The position numbers and the translations under genes are program-made. Below, piece after piece: positions 58,761-64,000 of a stretch of DNA of 64,000 bases. This stretch comes from Candidatus Omnitrophota bacterium (GTDB lineage: Bacteria; Omnitrophota; Gorgyraeia; Gygaellales; Profunditerraquicolaceae), in assembly GCA_003598025.1 (NCBI GenBank), contig QZKH01000006.1, positions 108,035 through 172,034 on the forward strand, written 5' to 3'. Under the pieces are notes generated by a model that did not search any database, was not told the DNA's origin, and saw only the letters and a list, made by a program, of their open reading frames with translations. The number at the start of each line of letters is the position of its first letter. The first letter of the stretch is position 1.

Positions 58761-59012
58761 TTCTTATTTTTATTGCTATTATTAATCAAAATTATAGAGA
58801 ATCCTCCAAGGTTTATTATAACACAGAGCATCAAAAAATCCAGCCTCTCTCGTGGGAGACAGAAAGCAAAAAGCCCAGCAAAAATATGCTGGGCTTTTCA
58901 AATTGGCTCCCCCTCTCGGCGCCGAACTTCGTTCGGCACTCCCTCACTTGCCTATGGCAAGTTCGGTCGCTCAACCTGTGCCTTTGGCACAGGTTCTTTG
59001 TATCACGCAGAG

Positions 59013-59058
59013 AAATAAATAAAATAGCCTCCGGTTTTACCGGAGGCTATTTTATTTA
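59013..59058 (-). terminator. Terminator of tRNA-Asn
   Basis: AAATAAAATAGCCTCCGG/CCGGAGGCTATTTTATTT perfect stem. Confidence 0.85.
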
Positions 59059-59059
59059 A

Positions 59060-59323
59060 CTCCCCCTCGAGGACTCGAACCTCGGACCTGGTGGTTACAC
59101 TTAACCCGAAATTACTTCCGGAAGTGGACTATCTCATCTCCATAGCACTTGCAGTAGGAGGCGGGTATATAGTCTCTGCACATTTACTTACGTATTACCG
59201 TAAGATTTAGCTCAGGATTTCCCAAAATGGGATTCCCTGAATTAGCCCGCTTTTTCAACCACGGTTTCCCGTAGAAGCTGCCCTATTGACAGCCACTCGC
59301 TCTACCGACTGAGCTAAGGGGGA
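59060..59323 (-). tRNA. tRNA-Asn(GTT) interrupted by an intron
   Basis: Exon 1 59323-59289 ends ..GTGGCTGT; exon 2 59097-59060 starts TAACCAC; joined loop is CTGTTAA; TCCCCCT/AGGGGGA acceptor. Confidence 0.92.
59098..59288 (-). ncRNA. Group I intron (191 nt, no ORF) in the tRNA-Asn anticodon
   Basis: P1 GCTGT/GCAGC with U.G pair, P AATTCAGGGAA, Q AATCCTGAGC, R CAGAGACTA, S GAGATAGTCC, P3 GCGGG/CCCGC, terminal G. Confidence 0.92.
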
Positions 59324-59730
59324 ATAGTATCAAATATTTTACATGAAATAATCTCTCAGTCAATACTATTTCTAGTAAGTGGTAGCCGTCTCATGTTGCG
59401 CCACTCCGCAGTCATCTACTGGCTGTAGGGATTCAAATATTTATTGATTAATCTTTTGGAAGGATTTAATTAATTGAAAAGCATACGCATTCTATATAGG
59501 GGCGGGACACTTCCTATGTATTCCATTATGGACCATAAGGATAGAAGGAAACGGTCCTCAGGATTCCAAGGCGCGGATCCGTTTCTCAATGCCCGGCATA
59601 TTTTTGCTGGGCTTTTTATTTTTGGTTTTACGGTAAGAAGTTTGATTTATTGACACCCTGTGTAAAATGCATTATAAATCGTCTTTATTTAAAGCGTTTA
59701 ATTTACAGAACATTAAATAGGGGGTAAAAG

Positions 59731-60114
59731 ATGAAAATAAGATGGAAAGTAGTTCTTTTTATCCTAGTTTTCTTAGTTATTATGTTTCGTGGGTGTTTTT
59801 CTTCTTATGAAGCCGCAACAAAAAGTGATGATAAGGTTGTAGCTGCTATCCAGTCTGAATTAGACAAAGGCCGTTCTCCGGAAGAAATAAAAGTTTATTT
59901 AGAGAAAAACAAAAGAGTTTTGGATATCAGTGAAGTAGAATTTGGCGTATACGATGATAGTAATCCCAACAGGCCGCTCAGAAAGAAAAAGGTCCTTACA
60001 ATTTATTCAACAATATTTTCTTGGGCAGCATTCAGTAAAGGCAGGCAGGGAGCAATGAATGTTGCTATTGATGAGGATAATAAGATCAAGAGTGTTTATT
60101 GGGTACCGATGTAA
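59731..60114 (+). CDS. Hypothetical exported or membrane-anchored protein
   Basis: N-terminal hydrophobic segment, GGGGG RBS. Confidence 0.7.
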   Translation: MKIRWKVVLFILVFLVIMFRGCFSSYEAATKSDDKVVAAIQSELDKGRSPEEIKVYLEKNKRVLDISEVEFGVYDDSNPNRPLRKKKVLTIYSTIFSWAAFSKGRQGAMNVAIDEDNKIKSVYWVPM

Positions 60115-60321
60115 AACAGGCAATTAGATTAAGGTTTTTTACGGTCCTTTATGTCAAATATAATAGAAAAGGTTCGTTGGTTTTTTAGGTGAGAGGCCAG
60201 TTTCAAAAGCCCGACATTGATTTGTTGGGCTTTTTTGTTGCCTAATGATCACCTTCGACTTAACTTGCTTTATTAACCTCTCGTGGTAAAATAGATTAAC
60301 ATATCAGGTTTTCCGTATTTC

Positions 60322-60431
60322 TTATACGTTCGCGCTTACAAAACCGCACCTTGGAAGGTACGGATGGAGTGTGTACGCTCAGTATTTCGCTCCAAGAAAC
60401 CTCAGACTTTAGCCTAATGAGCTTCATTTGT
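60322..60431 (+). mobile_element. 110-bp IS200/IS605-like miniature element, copy 1
   Basis: About 13 mismatches to 62267-62376; two subterminal hairpins; TTAT left end, TTCA right end. Confidence 0.65.
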
Positions 60432-60455
60432 TTTGCCAACGATTAAAGGATCCTT

Positions 60456-61226
60456 ATGAAAGAAAATCTATCCGTAGTCATTTTAGTCAAGAATGAAGAG
60501 CAAAGAATAGCTAAATGCCTTGATTCTGTGAGATGGGCTGACGAGATCATTGTGGTCGATGATGAAAGCACTGACAGGACAGTTGAAATCGCCCGTCAAT
60601 ATACATCAAAAGTATTTACTGACAAAAAAAAGGATATTGAAGGCAGGCATAGGAATTGGTCATATAGCCTGGCAAGAAATACCTGGGTTTTGAGCCTGGA
60701 TGCAGACGAAATAGTCACTCCGGAATTGAAAGAAGAGATAATACAGGCCATAAGGAGTAACCCTGTTGAAAACGGTTTTACCATTCCGCGCAGAAACTAC
60801 ATAGGTAATTATTGGGTCCGTCACGGAGGTTGGTACCCCAGCCCGCAGTTAAAACTCTTTAAAAGAGATAAATTCAAACATGAAGAAGTGGAGATACATG
60901 GGCGTGCTTTTATGGATGGCCCTTGCGGCCATTTGAAATACGACATTATCCACTATTCATACCGAGATATTGAAGATCTTATCCGGAAACTCAACAATCA
61001 GACAACCTGGGAAGCTCAAAAATGGCATAGATTACATAAGCCTATGCGTTTCGGAAGGTTCTTCTACAGGAGTATTGACAGATTTATCAGGACATACATT
61101 GCCAAAAAAGGCTATAAAGACGGCTTCATGGGGTTTGTGGTTGCCTTTAACGGAGCTTTATACCAGATCGTCAGTTATTTAAAATACCGGGAAATTATAT
61201 TAAATGAAAAAGAAAAAAATAAATAG
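60456..61226 (+). CDS. Glycosyltransferase family 2 (WaaE/KdtX-like)
   Basis: KNEE, VVDDESTDRT, LDADE, HYSY. Confidence 0.92.
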   Translation: MKENLSVVILVKNEEQRIAKCLDSVRWADEIIVVDDESTDRTVEIARQYTSKVFTDKKKDIEGRHRNWSYSLARNTWVLSLDADEIVTPELKEEIIQAIRSNPVENGFTIPRRNYIGNYWVRHGGWYPSPQLKLFKRDKFKHEEVEIHGRAFMDGPCGHLKYDIIHYSYRDIEDLIRKLNNQTTWEAQKWHRLHKPMRFGRFFYRSIDRFIRTYIAKKGYKDGFMGFVVAFNGALYQIVSYLKYREIILNEKEKNK

Positions 61227-61677
61227 CCAGAGCCCTAATTTCATAAAGGAAGTATCAGGGGTTTTAATATTAATGATATGTTTGTGCGCTCCGGTTTTTG
61301 CCTTTGCTGAAACAATTAATTTAAAATCCGGGCAAAGATTAGAAAATGTAAAAATAACGGAAAAGACTGAAGAGTATGTCAAAGTTTATAATTATAGTAT
61401 TCTTGACGACGGCCAAGATGCAGGTTTTGTCATTACTTACAAAACAAGTGAAATCGACAGCATAGAGCCGGATAAAAGCTATAGAAAACATTCTGTGGTA
61501 TTAAATAAGATAGTCCTCAAATCTGGCGATGTAAAAATGGGGGTAATAGCAGATGCGAATCAAGATAATATAAAATTAGAAGATGCCGAAGGCTCCTCAA
61601 TGATTTATCCTTGGGATGATATTGATACTATAGATGGCAGGCAAGCAGGAGATTTAAAATCCAGTTTAAAACTTTAA
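61204..61677 (+). CDS. Hypothetical secreted protein with two I.LKSG domains
   Basis: Signal peptide AFA-ETINLKSG; repeat IVLKSGD. Confidence 0.72.
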   Translation: MKKKKINSQSPNFIKEVSGVLILMICLCAPVFAFAETINLKSGQRLENVKITEKTEEYVKVYNYSILDDGQDAGFVITYKTSEIDSIEPDKSYRKHSVVLNKIVLKSGDVKMGVIADANQDNIKLEDAEGSSMIYPWDDIDTIDGRQAGDLKSSLKL

Positions 61678-61693
61678 ATCCAATAAATCCGCC

Positions 61694-62176
61694 ATGGCAA
61701 AAAAGCTCCAATTTATTATGGTATGGTTCCTCCCGCTTATTGTAATAGGCGGGTTTTTTTATCCATTACTGGGATACCTGGTAGTAGCGATGATGGCTTT
61801 CTTTTTAACGCTGTCGTTTTTTAAAGGCCGGTATTGGTGCTGGCACCTTTGCCCCAGGGGAGCCTTTTTAGATATTATTATCTCAAAACTTAGCTTCAAT
61901 AGGCCGTTACCAGGGATTTTTCTCAAGCAATGGTTCCGCTGGCTTATATTTTTCTTGTTTCTCAGTTTTTTAGCATTCCGTGTAACCAAGGCAGGCGCAA
62001 GCTTAATTGCTATAGGGATAATCTTCATTATAACTTGCCTAGTTACAACAATTATCTCGGTCATATTAGGTATTTCACTAAAACACAGAAGTTGGTGCGC
62101 TATTTGCCCAATGGGGACTCTCCAGGAAAAGATCGGCAAAATACATCAGTTCAAAGTAAAGAGCCAGCCTAAATAA
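61694..62176 (+). CDS. Membrane 4Fe-4S binding protein (NapH/Fer4_5-like)
   Basis: GRYWCWHLCPRG and RSWCAICPMG, TM helices. Confidence 0.85.
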   Translation: MAKKLQFIMVWFLPLIVIGGFFYPLLGYLVVAMMAFFLTLSFFKGRYWCWHLCPRGAFLDIIISKLSFNRPLPGIFLKQWFRWLIFFLFLSFLAFRVTKAGASLIAIGIIFIITCLVTTIISVILGISLKHRSWCAICPMGTLQEKIGKIHQFKVKSQPK

Positions 62177-62266
62177 TGAAACCAGCACCTCGTTTGATCT
62201 TTCAGCTTTCTTAATTCCACTTGTTTATAAAACTTTAATGATTATAATATAAATAAAAGGGAAAAT

Positions 62267-62376
62267 TTATACGTTCGCGGCCACAAACCCGCACCTTTCA
62301 AGTTGCGGATGGAGTGTGTACGCTCAGTATTTCGCTCCAAGAAACCTCGGGCTTTAACCCAAGGAGCTTCATTTGT
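62267..62376 (+). mobile_element. 110-bp IS200/IS605-like miniature element, copy 2
   Basis: Same length and ends as copy 1 at 60322-60431. Confidence 0.65.
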
Positions 62377-62423
62377 AATCCTTTGTTTATCAGGTAGTTA
62401 GATAGGGACGATTTTAATCAATC

Positions 62424-63749
62424 ATGAAGATAGCTCTTGTTAATCTATTTTATAAACACGCAATGCCATGTCCTCCGCATGGAATCTTAAGCTTGATCAG
62501 TTTTTTAAATAAAGAATTTGGGGACAAAATAAAAGTCAGGTATTTTGATGAGTTGCCCGGGGTGGATATTAAAAAGGCGGTTATGGGGTTTAACCCCGAG
62601 TTTATAGGGATATCTTCTTTTACTCGTACCATAAACAGGGCCTATGAACTGGCGGATTATTTTAGAAAAAAGACTGATAGTATTGTGGCGTTGGGAGGGT
62701 TGCATCCTAGCATTCTGCCAGAAGAGAGCGCAAAATATGCAGATTATGTTATTGTGGGTGAGGGTGAAAAGGGGCTGGCAAGTTTAATTGGGAGTATCCT
62801 GGAAGGGAAGAGGCATCCTGGGCAACTGATATTCTCTGAGGCAATAGAGAACTTAGATTCTTTGCCGCAGTTTCCCTGGGATGTGCTAGACAGAGATTAC
62901 TATTCAGAAAGTAGCCAGTATACAATGGAGCATTTTGGCCTTCAGAAGAGCGATAAATACGTTGCTCTTTTGACTTCCCGGGGGTGCCCTTATAGGTGTA
63001 TGTTTTGTTATTCAAGTAAATCGCCCACAAGAGTACGCTATTTTTCTTCAGAGAGGATAATATCTGATATCGAATATTTCCTGGAAGAGTGGAAAGTGAA
63101 TTATTTCATTTTTAGTGATGATGATTTTTTATCTAATAAGGAAAGATTAAACCAATTCTGCAAATTAATTGATAAGAAAGGGCTGCAATTTAAATGGGGT
63201 TGCCAGGCTAACGTGGATAGCGTTGAGCCCGAAACATTAAGATTGATAAAGCAGCATGGGTGTGAAATCATTGCCTATGGGTTTGAGAGTGGTTCCCAAA
63301 AAATATTAAATTTCTTAAAAGGCAGAAGGGCAGATATCAGAGATAACAAATACGCTATTCATATTACTAAAAAAGCAGGCATTAAGGTATTTGGTTATAT
63401 AATGCTTGGTGTCCCTACCGAAACGCTCATGGATCTTTTTAAGACATTTTATTTTACACTGTTTAGCCCAATTGATATTATATCGCCAGGCAGGATCGTA
63501 GTCTATCCCGGAACAAAACTATGGGATTGGTGCGTTGAGAAAAATATTTTTAATGAGTCCGAGATTGACTTCACTAAGCCTTATAAGTATATTTATTTAA
63601 ATAATAAATATGTCCCTGAGAAATTCTTTGGGATGTTATATTATGGATTTCATAGGTTGGCAATTCCGGTTAAATGTCTGCTGCAGAGGAAGTTTGTTTT
63701 TGCTAAAACTTGGCGCACGGTCATAAATAAAGATAGAAAGAAAGAATAA
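62424..63749 (+). CDS. B12-binding domain radical SAM protein
   Basis: PPHG, GGLHPS, GEGE, TSRGCPYRCMFC, GFESGSQ. Confidence 0.92.
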   Translation: MKIALVNLFYKHAMPCPPHGILSLISFLNKEFGDKIKVRYFDELPGVDIKKAVMGFNPEFIGISSFTRTINRAYELADYFRKKTDSIVALGGLHPSILPEESAKYADYVIVGEGEKGLASLIGSILEGKRHPGQLIFSEAIENLDSLPQFPWDVLDRDYYSESSQYTMEHFGLQKSDKYVALLTSRGCPYRCMFCYSSKSPTRVRYFSSERIISDIEYFLEEWKVNYFIFSDDDFLSNKERLNQFCKLIDKKGLQFKWGCQANVDSVEPETLRLIKQHGCEIIAYGFESGSQKILNFLKGRRADIRDNKYAIHITKKAGIKVFGYIMLGVPTETLMDLFKTFYFTLFSPIDIISPGRIVVYPGTKLWDWCVEKNIFNESEIDFTKPYKYIYLNNKYVPEKFFGMLYYGFHRLAIPVKCLLQRKFVFAKTWRTVINKDRKKE

Positions 63750-63798
63750 AGATAATTAGTTTATTGTTTTTGCGTAGGCCAATTTAATAGGAGAGAGG

Positions 63799-64000
63799 AT
63801 GGAGCACGTTATTCACGAGGAGAGGCGGCTAAGTTTTTTTGAAAGGTATCTTACCGGATGGGTTATCCTTTGTATCGGGCTCGGGATAGCACTCGGTAAA
63901 TTATTCCCGCAGGTATCAATTAAGCTTGACCAATTCTCTATTTTTCAGGTTTCTATACCTATCGCCGTGTGCCTGTTTTTTATGATGTATCCGATCATGG
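63799..64000 (+). CDS. acr3: ACR3 family arsenite efflux transporter, 3'-partial
   Basis: [31 protein letters not shown]. Confidence 0.88.
   Translation, partial: MEHVIHEERRLSFFERYLTGWVILCIGLGIALGKLFPQVSIKLDQFSIFQVSIPIAVCLFFMMYPIM

Overview
Bacterial chromosome segment. The PVC-type gene set (zinc-ribbon SpoVG, LpxC-FabZ fusion, split transketolase) suggests Omnitrophota, which is an inference. 1-17.4 kb is housekeeping: tkt, ispE, spoVG, tRNA-Gln, glmU, prs, rplY, pth, rpsF-ssb-rpsR-rplI, dnaB, bamA-skp-lpxD-lpxC/fabZ-lpxA-lpxI. An AT-rich island follows tRNA-Arg(TCG) at 18.6-22.4 kb: a divergent GIY-YIG-like gene and an Xre + ImmA/IrrE protease + HEPN-wHTH + wHTH + membrane-protein operon. 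Next come tRNA-Lys, a HigBA-like TA pair, archease-rtcB-serS, all four tRNA-Ser genes, and a Rex/two-component-linked multimeric [FeFe]-hydrogenase with hydGEF. After that lie an mscS-yggT-otsAB-DUF5752-treT cluster, tRNA-Arg(ACG)-tadA, dnaX-recR and an ABC-F gene. The window ends in a variable region with a group I intron-containing tRNA-Asn, one-gene cassettes bounded by tRNA 3'-end copies, and two IS200/IS605-like miniature elements. The most unusual signals are four. (1) Palindromic micro-insertions duplicate tRNA and gene ends, including three synonymous rtcB C-termini, and sit next to a GIY-YIG pseudogene. (2) tRNA-Asn carries a group I intron. (3) The Xre/IrrE-HEPN island is a candidate defence system. 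(4) HydA has non-canonical H-cluster motifs.
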